From NCBI GenBank assembly GCA_965116495.1, contig OZ220696.1, forward strand, positions 32,001 to 96,000: a stretch of 64,000 bases of DNA. Direction: 5' to 3'. Position 1 is the first letter of the stretch. Every line of letters begins with the position of its first letter. This DNA comes from Gammaproteobacteria bacterium (GTDB lineage: Bacteria > Pseudomonadota > Gammaproteobacteria > Eutrophobiales > Eutrophobiaceae). The notes beneath the pieces were generated by a model that worked only from the letters and a program-made list of their open reading frames with translations, searched no databases and was not told the origin of the DNA. Position numbers and translations under genes: made by a program. Positions 19,299 to 29,310 of the stretch are shown here, in pieces.

Positions 19299-20507
19299 AT
19301 GAAAATTATCGAAGCCAGAGTCATTGTAACCTGCCCGGGGCGCAATTTCGTTACCCTGAAGGTGGAGACTGACGCGGGGGTTTACGGGTTGGGTGACGCC
19401 ACGCTGAACGGGCGTGAACTGGCTGTCGTTTCATACCTGCAGGACCATGTTGTGCCTTGCCTGATCGGGCGCGACCCACGCCGGTCGGAAGATATATGGC
19501 AGTTTCTTTACCGCGGGTGTTACTGGCGGCGCGGGCCGGTGACCATGACGGCTATCGGCGCGGTGGACACGGCGCTGTGGGATATCAAGGCAAAACTGGC
19601 GGAGATGCCACTTTACCAGTTGCTCGGTGGCAGCAGCCGCAACGGGGTCATGGTTTACGGGCATGCCAATGGAGAAGATATTGAGCAAACCGTTGATGAG
19701 GTGGGTCGCTATATCGATATGGGTTACAAGGCCGTACGCGCGCAATCCGGGATCCCGGGCCTTGCCTCCACCTATGGCGTGGGGAAAGACCGGCTGTTCT
19801 ACGAACCTGCGGCTGCGGATATGCCGGTAGAGAATACCTGGTCAACGGAAAAATACCTGGACCACGTACCTGTCCTGTTCGACAAGCTCCGGCAGCAATA
19901 CGGTTATCAGCCCCATTTACTGCATGACGTACACCATCGCCTGACACCGGTTGAGGCGGCGCGCCTGGGCAAATCGCTGGAAGATTACCGCCTGTTCTGG
20001 CTGGAAGACGCGGTGCCGGCCGAGAACCAGGAAGGGTTTCGATTGATTCGCCAGCATACGGTAACGCCGCTGGCAGTCGGAGAGATATTCAATACCATCT
20101 GGGATTGTAAGGACCTGATCCGGGAGCAACTGATCGATTACATACGAACGACCGTGGCACATGCAGGAGGAATCACCCACTTGCGCCGGATTGCCGACCT
20201 CGCCGCGCTGTATCACGTCCGCACCGGTTGTCATGGGGCGACGGACCTGTCGCCGGTCTGTATGGGAGCGGCCCTGCATTTCGATACCTGGGTGCCGAAC
20301 TTCGGGATCCAGGAATACATGCGTCACAGTGAAGAAACCGACCAGGTGTTTCCCCGTGCCTATACGTTCAGGGACGGATTTCTTTATCCGGGTGAGGCGC
20401 CGGGTCATGGCGTCGATATGGATGAGGAACTGGCCGCAAAATTTCCCTACCAGCGCGCCTACCTGCCGGTGAACAGGTTGGAAGACGGCACCCTATGGAA
20501 CTGGTGA
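19299..20507 (+). CDS. manD: D-mannonate dehydratase ManD/RspA
   Basis: [62 protein letters not shown]. Confidence 0.93.
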   Translation: MKIIEARVIVTCPGRNFVTLKVETDAGVYGLGDATLNGRELAVVSYLQDHVVPCLIGRDPRRSEDIWQFLYRGCYWRRGPVTMTAIGAVDTALWDIKAKLAEMPLYQLLGGSSRNGVMVYGHANGEDIEQTVDEVGRYIDMGYKAVRAQSGIPGLASTYGVGKDRLFYEPAAADMPVENTWSTEKYLDHVPVLFDKLRQQYGYQPHLLHDVHHRLTPVEAARLGKSLEDYRLFWLEDAVPAENQEGFRLIRQHTVTPLAVGEIFNTIWDCKDLIREQLIDYIRTTVAHAGGITHLRRIADLAALYHVRTGCHGATDLSPVCMGAALHFDTWVPNFGIQEYMRHSEETDQVFPRAYTFRDGFLYPGEAPGHGVDMDEELAAKFPYQRAYLPVNRLEDGTLWNW

Positions 20508-20541
20508 TTTATTTTAAGTACTCGAAAGGACATTTCACTGA

Positions 20542-20565
20542 ATACCGGGTCAAGCCCGGTATGAC
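20542..20565 (-). repeat. REP-like palindrome, GTCATACCGG family
   Basis: Reverse complement GTCATACCGGGCTTGACCCGGTAT; related copy at 28273. Confidence 0.7.
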
Positions 20566-20599
20566 GACGTTGTATAAACGCAGCTATGGATGACTTCTG

Positions 20600-22081
20600 A
20601 TGTCTGCTTTACCCGTGGAATTATATACTGCCGGTCAAGTACGGGAACTGGATCGAATCGCGATTGTAGAACGGGGAATTCCATCGCTTACGTTAATGGA
20701 ACGGGCAGGGGATAGTGCCTTTGGCGTGATCACCAGGCGTTATCCCGATGCAAAAAATCTTGTTGTTATCTGCGGTGGCGGAAATAATGCCGGTGACGGT
20801 TATGTGCTGGCGCTCCTTGCGAAACAGGCGGGACTTGAGGTCAGGGTGGTGGCCCTGGTCGAACCTGAACAGCTCGGGGGAGATGCCGCTACCAGTGCGC
20901 AAAAGTACCTGCGTACGGGTACTGTTGAAGATATTCAATCAATTGACGACGCCGATTTAATCGTCGACGCCATACTGGGAAGCGGTCTGAACCGTCGCGT
21001 GGATGGTGTTTATGCCCAGGCAATCGGATTGGTCAATGAAGCAGCAGCCCCGGTCCTTGCCCTGGATATCCCCTCTGGATTGAATGCAGATACGGGAGTG
21101 TGCATGGGGACGGCTGTGCGGGCCGATGCTACAGTGACGTTCATCGGGTTGAAACGGGGACTGTTTACCGGAGAAGGACCCGGTTTCTGTGGTGAGATAT
21201 TGTACAGTGACCTGGCAACACCCGCTGACATCCACGCTTCAGTCAACGCCGATGCGCAACTGATTGAACCGAAGGCCGTGTTGCAGAACCTGCACGCCCG
21301 TCCGCGCCATGCCCATAAGGGCCGCTACGGTCACGTACTCGTCATCGGCGGTGATTACGGTTACCTGGGCGCAGCCATCCTGGCCGCGTCTGCGGCGGCC
21401 AGGACCGGGGCCGGGCTGGTTACGGTGGCGACACGGGTGGAGCACGCCGGAAATATAGCGCTGTTCCGTCCCGAATTGATGACCGCGGCCGTGACCTCGG
21501 CGCGGGACCTGGACGCGGTATTAAACAGGGTAAGCGTAGTCGCGATTGGACCGGGGCTGGGCCAGTCAGACTGGGCAATATCATTGTTTGCCAAGGTGTT
21601 GCAGACACGGCTTCCGCTCGTGGTGGACGCCGATGCCCTGAACCTGCTGGCCCTTGAACACCAGCGCCGGGAAAACTGGGTGCTGACACCGCACCCGGGT
21701 GAGGCGGCCCGGTTGTTGGATGGGACGACCGGGGAGATTCAAGCGGACAGGTTTGCGTCTATCGGATTATTACAGGCTGAATATGGCGGTGTTGTCGTCC
21801 TGAAGGGAGCCGGCAGCCTGGTCATGGAAGAGTCCGGTCCGATCTACCTCAATCGTAGTGGCAATCCGGGGATGGCCGGCGGCGGAATGGGTGACGTCCT
21901 GACCGGCATCATTGCCGGCTTGATGGCCCAGGGTATGGCGCCCGGCATGGCTGCAAAATCCGGGGTTTACCTGCACGGTCATGCAGCAGACCTCTGTGCC
22001 GGCGCCGGCGAAAGAGGGATGCTGGCCGGTGATCTCCTGCCTGTCATTCGTTCTGCCGTTAATCCGAAGCGATGCGCTTGA
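20600..22081 (+). CDS. nnr: NAD(P)H-hydrate epimerase/dehydratase
   Basis: LMERAG, GGGNNAGDG, DIPSG, HKGRYG, TPHPGEA, GMGDVL. Confidence 0.95.
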   Translation: MSALPVELYTAGQVRELDRIAIVERGIPSLTLMERAGDSAFGVITRRYPDAKNLVVICGGGNNAGDGYVLALLAKQAGLEVRVVALVEPEQLGGDAATSAQKYLRTGTVEDIQSIDDADLIVDAILGSGLNRRVDGVYAQAIGLVNEAAAPVLALDIPSGLNADTGVCMGTAVRADATVTFIGLKRGLFTGEGPGFCGEILYSDLATPADIHASVNADAQLIEPKAVLQNLHARPRHAHKGRYGHVLVIGGDYGYLGAAILAASAAARTGAGLVTVATRVEHAGNIALFRPELMTAAVTSARDLDAVLNRVSVVAIGPGLGQSDWAISLFAKVLQTRLPLVVDADALNLLALEHQRRENWVLTPHPGEAARLLDGTTGEIQADRFASIGLLQAEYGGVVVLKGAGSLVMEESGPIYLNRSGNPGMAGGGMGDVLTGIIAGLMAQGMAPGMAAKSGVYLHGHAADLCAGAGERGMLAGDLLPVIRSAVNPKRCA

Positions 22082-22551
22082 CCGTTGCGGACCCGGAGGA
22101 AATGGGCCTGTTTGCGGCCTGCTGCGCCAGGTTCATCACAGGCGGTTTTAACCTGTACCTGCACGGCGAACTGGGCGCAGGCAAGACTACGTTCGTCAGG
22201 GGATTGTTGCGGGCGCTTGACTACCGGGGAGTCGTCAAGAGCCCGACCTACACCCTGGTTGAATATTACCATGCCGCTTCCTACCGTATTTTCCACTTCG
22301 ACCTTTACCGGATAACCACGCCGGAGGAGTTGATCGACATTGGTTACCGGGACTATTTTGACGGCCGCAGTATTTGCCTGGTGGAATGGCCGGAGCGGGG
22401 CAAAGGCTGCCTGCCTGACCCTGATTTAATCATTGATATCAGCATCAACCGGTCCCGGCGCGACCTGGACTGTAAGGCACATACCGCTTCAGGTGATCAA
22501 TACCTGAAACAACTCATTTCTGCCTACCCTCAAAACAGACCGGAATTGTGA
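22072..22551 (+). CDS. tsaE: tRNA threonylcarbamoyladenosine biosynthesis ATPase
   Basis: GELGAGKT, VKSPTYTLVE, HFDLYR, EWPE. Confidence 0.95.
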   Translation: MRLTVADPEEMGLFAACCARFITGGFNLYLHGELGAGKTTFVRGLLRALDYRGVVKSPTYTLVEYYHAASYRIFHFDLYRITTPEELIDIGYRDYFDGRSICLVEWPERGKGCLPDPDLIIDISINRSRRDLDCKAHTASGDQYLKQLISAYPQNRPEL

Positions 22552-22575
22552 GGGGGCGGATTTAAGTCCGTCCCC
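22552..22575. repeat. Short GGGG...CCCC palindrome
   Basis: GGGGGCGGATTTAAGTCCGTCCCC; related copy at 53131. Confidence 0.55.
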
Positions 22576-22617
22576 GGATGCGGCATCGCTGAAAGGTAAA
22601 AAAAACAGTCAGATAGG

Positions 22618-22646
22618 TTGACTTTCTAAATAAATGTTGAGATAAT
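22618..22646 (+). promoter_or_regulatory. Sigma70-type promoter upstream of amiB
   Basis: TTGACT, 17-bp spacer, GATAAT with upstream TGn. Confidence 0.55.
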
Positions 22647-22679
22647 TGTCTTTAGTATTGAAGCGCAAGGGTCTGGCAA

Positions 22680-23978
22680 ATGGTGCGTTTTATCTCAAGT
22701 TATTGTTTATTCCTGATTTTTTCTTTGTCTTGTAGCGCGGGTGAAGATGTCCGCCTGAAAAACATACGGATCTGGGCTGCGCCTGACAACACCCGCGTCG
22801 TATTCGATGTATCCAGCCCGGTCAAGCACGACCTGAAACTGTTGTCGGAGCCTTTTCGTGTCGTTATCGACCTCGAAAATACCGACCCGTTCTCCAACCT
22901 GCCGCAACTGGTAATGCGCGACGAATATTTACAGGGGATCAGGAGTGGGCAGCATGGCGACTTCCTGAGAATCGTCCTGGATTTGAAAAAACACGCGCAG
23001 GCAAAGAGTTTCCTGCTGGCGCCGAACCAACACTATGGTCACAGACTGGTAGTGGATATATCGGATGGAAGAGAACAGCAGGCAGTAATTGGACAGGAAG
23101 TACCGGCATCCGGTTTTCGTGACGTTGTGATCGCTATTGATGCCGGTCACGGAGGTGAAGACCCGGGAGCGATAGGGCCGCGGGGGTCCCATGAAAAGAC
23201 GGTCGTATTGCAGATTGCAAAGAAACTGGCCCATTCCATCAATATGGAGCGCGGGATGCGGGCGGTGTTGACCAGGCGTGGTGATTATTACCTGCCGTTA
23301 CGCAGGCGTGTCGAGTTGGCGCGCAAGCACAAGGCCGACCTGTTCATTTCCATACATGCCGACGCGTTCACCAATTCCAAAGTACGCGGCTCATCCGTAT
23401 ACGTCCTGTCCAGACGAGGCGCCAGTAGTGAGCATGCGCGCTGGCTGGCTGAGCGGGAAAATGCTTCCGACCTGATCGGCGGGGTAAGCCTGGACGACAA
23501 GGACGGCCTGTTGGCCTCGGTGCTGCTGGACTTGTCCCAGACGGCAAGCCTCGAGGCCAGCATCGATGCGGCCGAGAGAGTTCTCGAGGGTTTGAAAAAA
23601 GTAGGAAGGCTGCATAAGCCCGGTGTGGAATCCGCGGCTTTTGCCGTTTTGAAATCGCCGGATATTCCCTCTTTGCTGGTCGAAACCGCGTTTATTTCCA
23701 ATCCCCAGGAAGAAAAGAAACTGCTGAGTGCCGCGCACCAGCAGAAACTGGCCCGGGCGCTGGCCGTTAGTGTTAAGCGCTATTTTGAGGGTAATCCCCC
23801 GAATGGCACATTACTGGCAACCCGGTCGCACATCATAGCGCGTGGCGATACACTGACTGAGATTGCAAAGCAGTACCGCGTCAGCCTGCGCAGTCTGCGC
23901 ACGCTGAACAGATTAGCCGATGACAGTATCAAAGTAGGGCAGGTAATAGCCATCCCGGATACCATCAGCGACGGCTGA
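22680..23978 (+). CDS. amiB: N-acetylmuramoyl-L-alanine amidase (AMIN, Amidase_3, LysM)
   Basis: IDAGHGGEDPGA, FISIHADA, LVETAFISN, C-terminal LysM; position between tsaE and mutL. Confidence 0.9.
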   Translation: MVRFISSYCLFLIFSLSCSAGEDVRLKNIRIWAAPDNTRVVFDVSSPVKHDLKLLSEPFRVVIDLENTDPFSNLPQLVMRDEYLQGIRSGQHGDFLRIVLDLKKHAQAKSFLLAPNQHYGHRLVVDISDGREQQAVIGQEVPASGFRDVVIAIDAGHGGEDPGAIGPRGSHEKTVVLQIAKKLAHSINMERGMRAVLTRRGDYYLPLRRRVELARKHKADLFISIHADAFTNSKVRGSSVYVLSRRGASSEHARWLAERENASDLIGGVSLDDKDGLLASVLLDLSQTASLEASIDAAERVLEGLKKVGRLHKPGVESAAFAVLKSPDIPSLLVETAFISNPQEEKKLLSAAHQQKLARALAVSVKRYFEGNPPNGTLLATRSHIIARGDTLTEIAKQYRVSLRSLRTLNRLADDSIKVGQVIAIPDTISDG

Positions 23979-23987
23979 AACATCATC

Positions 23988-25712
23988 ATGAAAGTGCCCA
24001 GGATTGCCGAATTGCCCGCAACCCTGGCAAGCCAGATCGCGGCAGGGGAGGTCATTGAACGGCCGGCGGCCGTTGTCAAGGAATTACTGGATAACAGTAT
24101 TGACGCTGGCGCCGGTAAGGTGGTGGTAACGATAGCCGAGGGTGGGCACAGGCTGATTTCGGTCAGTGATGACGGCCACGGTATCCATCCCGATGATATT
24201 CAACTGGCATTGCGGCGCCACAGCACCAGCAAGCTCAATACGCAGTCCGACCTGGACTGTATCAACAGTCTGGGATTTCGCGGTGAGGCCCTGGCCAGCA
24301 TTGCAGCCGTTTCAAGGTTCTTACTTGTCTCAAGAACCGCGCAGTCAGAATCCGCCTGGTCATTGTCGTTCGATCCGGTCAGCGGCAATTCAATTCTCAA
24401 ACCGGCGGCGCAGTCCCGGGGGACCACCGTAGAGGTTGCCGATATTTTTCAGGCGACACCGGCGCGGCGCAAGTTTCTGCGTAGCCGTACAACCGAGTTC
24501 CTGCATATCAGCGAAGTATTCAAGCGCGTGGCCTGCAGTCGTTTCAACATCACTTTTATACTGGCACATAACAATAAACAGGTACTACGCTATCGCGCCT
24601 GCCGGGACGATATGACTGAAAGGGTGGCAGACGTATTCGGCCATCAGTTTGCGAGCCAGTCCATCCCTGTGGATTATGCATCCTCGGGGATGAGATTGTG
24701 GGGCTGGCTGGGAGGAAGCAGTCTCAACCGCAGCCAGTCCGATCGCCAGTTTTGTTTTGTTAACGGCCGGGTAGTCCGGGACAAGAAGATCTTTCATGCG
24801 GTTCGCTCCGCGTTCGATGATGCGCTGCCTGTGGGCCGTTTTCCGACCTACCTGCTGAACCTGGATATCGATCCGTCGGTCACCGACATCAATGTCCATC
24901 CGACAAAAAGTGAAATACGCTTCAAGGATGTGCGGGGTGTTCATGATTTTGTTCATATCAGCCTGCGGGATGCACTGAAAACCGCACAATCGCCTGCATT
25001 AAACATTACCGGCAATATGCCTGAAAGCAGGTCGGCGCCGGGTCCGGGACCCCGGTCTCACGGCCACAGGCTACAGGTCAGGGAAGCTGGCCTGTTCTAC
25101 AAAAATATCGCTCCCCGTGAGGGGCAGGATAACCTGCTCGATAAGCAGGCCGGACTTGGCGCGCCCCTGGCGGCATTCACCGGCCGGCTGGTAATGACGC
25201 AAAGAGACGAGGAATACGTGCTGTTGGACTACCAGACCGCAAGAAAGTATGTTCTGGGTTACCGGTTAAGGCAGGAATACCTGGCCGGGCCCGTCCGTCA
25301 GCGGCCGTTATTGGTTCCCGTACACGTGGAAACAGGTCCCCTGCAGGTTGAACTTGTCGAGAAGCATGCCGACCTGCTGGAAACGCTCGGACTGTCATTG
25401 AGGGCTGTTTCAACCGGTGTTATCTCCATCAAGGCTATTCCCGTACTGCTTGAGGGAGCAGATATCATGACCCTGTCGACAGCCGTATTGGAAAAGCTGC
25501 AGCGCCTGGACAAAAATCCGGCCCCGGCAGAACAGTTACTGGCTGTCATATCGCAAAGTCCGGGAAGCGCCGTGGAAACGCCGTCCGGTCCCGGGATGCA
25601 GAGTTTACTGGACGACCTGGACAGGACTGATCTTGATACTGCGCAAAGACATCACAAGGGTATGTGGCGGACGCTATCGATAGATGAACTGCGAGCTTTG
25701 ATCGATGAATGA
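23988..25712 (+). CDS. mutL: DNA mismatch repair protein MutL
   Basis: IAAGEVIERP, GFRGEALASI, DINVHPTKSEIRF. Confidence 0.95.
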   Translation: MKVPRIAELPATLASQIAAGEVIERPAAVVKELLDNSIDAGAGKVVVTIAEGGHRLISVSDDGHGIHPDDIQLALRRHSTSKLNTQSDLDCINSLGFRGEALASIAAVSRFLLVSRTAQSESAWSLSFDPVSGNSILKPAAQSRGTTVEVADIFQATPARRKFLRSRTTEFLHISEVFKRVACSRFNITFILAHNNKQVLRYRACRDDMTERVADVFGHQFASQSIPVDYASSGMRLWGWLGGSSLNRSQSDRQFCFVNGRVVRDKKIFHAVRSAFDDALPVGRFPTYLLNLDIDPSVTDINVHPTKSEIRFKDVRGVHDFVHISLRDALKTAQSPALNITGNMPESRSAPGPGPRSHGHRLQVREAGLFYKNIAPREGQDNLLDKQAGLGAPLAAFTGRLVMTQRDEEYVLLDYQTARKYVLGYRLRQEYLAGPVRQRPLLVPVHVETGPLQVELVEKHADLLETLGLSLRAVSTGVISIKAIPVLLEGADIMTLSTAVLEKLQRLDKNPAPAEQLLAVISQSPGSAVETPSGPGMQSLLDDLDRTDLDTAQRHHKGMWRTLSIDELRALIDE

Positions 25713-26649
25713 CACGGTCATCTTTCTCATGGGACCCACGGCCAGCGGCAAGACTTCCCTGGCGGTTGAACTGGTAAAACACCTGCCCCTGGAGATAATC
25801 AGCGTTGATTCGGCCATGGTGTACCGGGGAATGGATATCGGCACGGCGAAACCAACCCGGGAAGTGCTGGAGGTCGCCCCCCACCGTCTGATTGACATAT
25901 GTGACTCGACCGAGGCTTATTCCGCCGGCAGGTTCCGGCGCGATGCCATGACGGCCATTGAAGAAATCCGGGGAAACGACCGGATACCCGTCCTGGTCGG
26001 CGGCACGGGGTTGTATTTTCGTTCCCTGGAACAGGGATTTTCCGACTTGCCATCCACGGACCCGGCATTACGGACACGCCTCACACGGATGTTGCGGGAA
26101 CGCGGTTCCCCGGCACTGCACGCAGAATTAAGCCGGGTCGATCCGGCCTCTGCCGGGCGTCTCCATCCCAATGACTCGCAGCGCATCCAACGGGCGCTGG
26201 AAGTGTATGAAATGACAAAGACGCCACTTTCCGTCCTGCTCGAAGAAGGCCGGCTAGGGGCGTTGCCCTATAAAGTTATCAAGCTGGCTCTGGCCCCGCC
26301 GGACCCGCGTATTATTCGCGAACAGGCCCGGCAGCGATTTGTCCGGATGCTGGATAACGGCCTGGTAGATGAAGTAAATGGTTTCTTCACGCGGGAAGAT
26401 ATGCACGCGGGCCTGAGTTCCATGCGCATGGTCGGGTACCGGCAGGTATGGTGTTACCTGGCAGGCCGTTTCAGTTATTCCGAGATGCTGGAACGCGCCG
26501 TTATCGCGACGCGGCAACTGGCAAAACGCCAGTTGACCTGGTTGCGAGCAGAGCAGAATACCACCTGGTTCGATAGTTCCAGGCCGGAGATTGCACGGGA
26601 AGTTACGGAGTTTTTGCGCAACAGTCCCGCGTTTTCTTCCGGTTTGTAA
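25705..26649 (+). CDS. miaA: tRNA dimethylallyltransferase
   Basis: GPTASGKT, DSAMVYRGMDIGTAKP, TRQLAKRQLTW. Confidence 0.97.
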   Translation: MNDTVIFLMGPTASGKTSLAVELVKHLPLEIISVDSAMVYRGMDIGTAKPTREVLEVAPHRLIDICDSTEAYSAGRFRRDAMTAIEEIRGNDRIPVLVGGTGLYFRSLEQGFSDLPSTDPALRTRLTRMLRERGSPALHAELSRVDPASAGRLHPNDSQRIQRALEVYEMTKTPLSVLLEEGRLGALPYKVIKLALAPPDPRIIREQARQRFVRMLDNGLVDEVNGFFTREDMHAGLSSMRMVGYRQVWCYLAGRFSYSEMLERAVIATRQLAKRQLTWLRAEQNTTWFDSSRPEIAREVTEFLRNSPAFSSGL

Positions 26650-26759
26650 TATACTTGTATCAACCCCGCGATTAAGTCCAGCCGTTATCGGTTACAGGGA
26701 TAAACCGGAAAGGGGGTACAGACAATAATAATCAGAACAAATAGTAATGAGGTTTTATT

Positions 26760-27002
26760 ATGAGTAAGGGGCATACACTCCAGGATCCATTCCTCAACAC
26801 TTTGCGCAAGGAACGGATTCCCGTATCGATTTATCTCGCCAACGGTATCAAACTGCAAGGACATGTCGAATCATTTGACCAGTTCGTAATACTGCTGAAA
26901 AACACGGTGAGTCAACTGGTATACAAACATGCAATCTCAACGATTGTGCCTGCCAGGAACGTAAGGTTGCCACTGGCGGATGACGAGAGCAGTGAGTCCT
27001 GA
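26760..27002 (+). CDS. hfq: RNA chaperone Hfq
   Basis: [27 protein letters not shown]. Confidence 0.98.
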   Translation: MSKGHTLQDPFLNTLRKERIPVSIYLANGIKLQGHVESFDQFVILLKNTVSQLVYKHAISTIVPARNVRLPLADDESSES

Positions 27003-27019
27003 TCAGGGCCGCGACATAA

Positions 27020-28252
27020 CTATACTGTATCTTTTTGTCGTGGAGGTTTCATCGCGGCAACGAAAATAATAATGATTAACAGCAGCGCCGCGTTCAACTG
27101 GAACGCCGGGGAGAAAGTCCCCGCTTTGTCGCCGATATAGCCGGCGATGACGGGTCCCAGCATGGCCGCTGTAGTGATGAAGTTCATGGTACCCAGTAAT
27201 TCAGGATTGTCTCTCTCTCCGAAATAATTCAGCAGCAGTAAGGCGGTAGCCAGGAAGCACATACCGAAGCCAAAACCTTCGCCGACGGCAAAGAAGACAA
27301 GGGCAGCCGGGTTATCCGCAACAGAGAGAGCCAGCATACCTATCAATTCACCGATCAATGCCGCAACCAGCAGCCATTTGGGATCAATCCGGGTGGCGAT
27401 CATTCCTCCCAGGGCGCGGGACAAGGCGTTCACCGCGCCATCCGCGCTCAGTACCAGCGTGGCGAGCGCGGTTGATATGCCAAGCATGCCCAGGTGGGTA
27501 AATGCCCAGCTGTTCATGGTCAGCGTACAGAATAATGTCAGCGTCAACGCTGCAACAATCACGTAATACTGTGGTGTACGCAGCGCGTCCCGGTAGCGCC
27601 ATTCAGTCTTTGTCTTGAACACCTTGTCGGAGGTTTTCTCTTCTTTTAATGTGTTTGCATCCTTCTTCTCACCTGCCGGCCGTTTGTTTATGAACGCGAT
27701 TGCAAGCACCATGAGGGTCAGGACAGCAGCGGTCATGGACCACCAGTGTACCCGCCAGGAATCCGTGTTGCTGACGATGAAGGTGACGACAGGGGGACCG
27801 GCCACGGCGCCCAGCCCGCCCAAGGTCATATACAACCCGATAGCGAATGAACGTCTGTGGGGCAACCAGTCATTAATCAGGTGGATGCCCGGCACCGTCG
27901 CGCACAGGGCAAAGCCCAGTCCGAGCAGGCTCGTTCCGAGCCAATACTGGTACAGCCCGGTCCCGGTGGAAATCAGGACAAAGCCGCAAGCCATGGTAGC
28001 TGCACCGATAACATAGGTCGCCTTGATCCCGAAGCGCCGGATAGTCCAGGCCGGAACGGTGCCTGCCAGTCCCACCAGTAGTGCCAGCAAGGAAAAACCC
28101 GTGCCGGCCTGGGACCAGCTCCAGGAAAATTCCTCGATCATATAGGGCAGCACGACACCCAGGGAGCTGAATGTAGCAGCCGTGATAAAGAAGAAGAAAG
28201 CACTGGCCAGGGCGAACATCCACCAGCGTTTGAATTCCGGTGCTTGCATCAT
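27020..28252 (-). CDS. MFS transporter
   Basis: About 12 hydrophobic segments; motif-A-like IRRFGIK. Confidence 0.88.
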   Translation of the reverse strand: MMQAPEFKRWWMFALASAFFFFITAATFSSLGVVLPYMIEEFSWSWSQAGTGFSLLALLVGLAGTVPAWTIRRFGIKATYVIGAATMACGFVLISTGTGLYQYWLGTSLLGLGFALCATVPGIHLINDWLPHRRSFAIGLYMTLGGLGAVAGPPVVTFIVSNTDSWRVHWWSMTAAVLTLMVLAIAFINKRPAGEKKDANTLKEEKTSDKVFKTKTEWRYRDALRTPQYYVIVAALTLTLFCTLTMNSWAFTHLGMLGISTALATLVLSADGAVNALSRALGGMIATRIDPKWLLVAALIGELIGMLALSVADNPAALVFFAVGEGFGFGMCFLATALLLLNYFGERDNPELLGTMNFITTAAMLGPVIAGYIGDKAGTFSPAFQLNAALLLIIIIFVAAMKPPRQKDTV

Positions 28253-28272
28253 TCCAGAGAAGCCTGGCCCCA

Positions 28273-28298
28273 GTCATACCGGCGCAAGCCGGTATCCA
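28273..28298 (+). repeat. REP-like palindrome, GTCATACCGG family
   Basis: GTCATACCGGCGCAAGCCGGTATCCA. Confidence 0.7.
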
Positions 28299-28321
28299 TG
28301 TGCAGGGTCTGGCGGGAGTCT

Positions 28322-29140
28322 TTAATTCTCAGCATGGAACACCACACTGGTCATACTCAGTGATTTATGTACGATAAAGTCGGTTTCAATGCTGACCGTA
28401 TCTGTCTCTTCACTTGCTCCCAGGGTGTACAGCAGGGGACATAAATGCTCTGCTGAGGGCACTGCGAGTGCGGCGTCCTGGCCGAGACGTTGATATTCCC
28501 AGATACCTTGCGGGTCATTATCCAGGATATGCCCCTTAATGCTGTTATTGAACCTTACCGCCCAGTCATAAGGGGGAGATGCGGGATTCGACCAGTCCAT
28601 CAAGGCCAGGTTATGTACGATATTGCCGCTGCCCATAATCAATACGCCTTCCCGCCGTAACGGTCGCAGACACTGTCCAATCCTGTAGTGCCAGTCCAGC
28701 GGCTTATCCAGATTGAGACTGAGCTGGACTACCGGGATATCCGCGTCCGGGTGAGATTTGATTAATACTGACCAGGCGCCGTGGTCAAGTCCCCATGATT
28801 GATCCATCGTTACGGGTACCGGCGCCAGTAACTCGCGCACCCGTTCAGCCAATTCGGGTTTGCCAGGAGCAGGATATTGCAGATCGAATAACGGCGCCGG
28901 CAGAGGCCAGCCGAAATCATGGATCGTCTCCGGCGCATCCATGGCGGTGACCGCACTGCCGTGTGTGTACCAGTGCGCCGAGATACACAAAATGGCTTCG
29001 GGTCGTTCCATCCGGCCGGCAATACGATACCAGGTACGTGTTGCCTCATTATCTTCGATGGCATTGGCAGGGCTGCCATGTCCGAAGAAGATAACGGGCG
29101 TGACGGATTGAAGGGCCTCGTTACGATGGTCTGTATGCAT
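28322..29140 (-). CDS. ygiD: 4,5-DOPA extradiol dioxygenase (LigB family)
   Basis: FFGHGSP, ISAHW, TIHDF, WGLDHGAW, PVVQLS, GSGNIVHNL, EHLCPL. Confidence 0.88.
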   Translation of the reverse strand: MHTDHRNEALQSVTPVIFFGHGSPANAIEDNEATRTWYRIAGRMERPEAILCISAHWYTHGSAVTAMDAPETIHDFGWPLPAPLFDLQYPAPGKPELAERVRELLAPVPVTMDQSWGLDHGAWSVLIKSHPDADIPVVQLSLNLDKPLDWHYRIGQCLRPLRREGVLIMGSGNIVHNLALMDWSNPASPPYDWAVRFNNSIKGHILDNDPQGIWEYQRLGQDAALAVPSAEHLCPLLYTLGASEETDTVSIETDFIVHKSLSMTSVVFHAEN

Positions 29141-29310
29141 TTCACAAAGTATAACTGAAAATGCGCCGGAAAAGCCTGATCCCGGTCGCACCCCTCACGA
29201 TATGTAAATTACCGGCTTATAGTATAACCCGTGACGTGATAGTACAATTGAATGGCAACAAATCAATTTACCGATATTTTTCTGTGACCGGAAGTGAGTG
29301 AAAGAATGAC

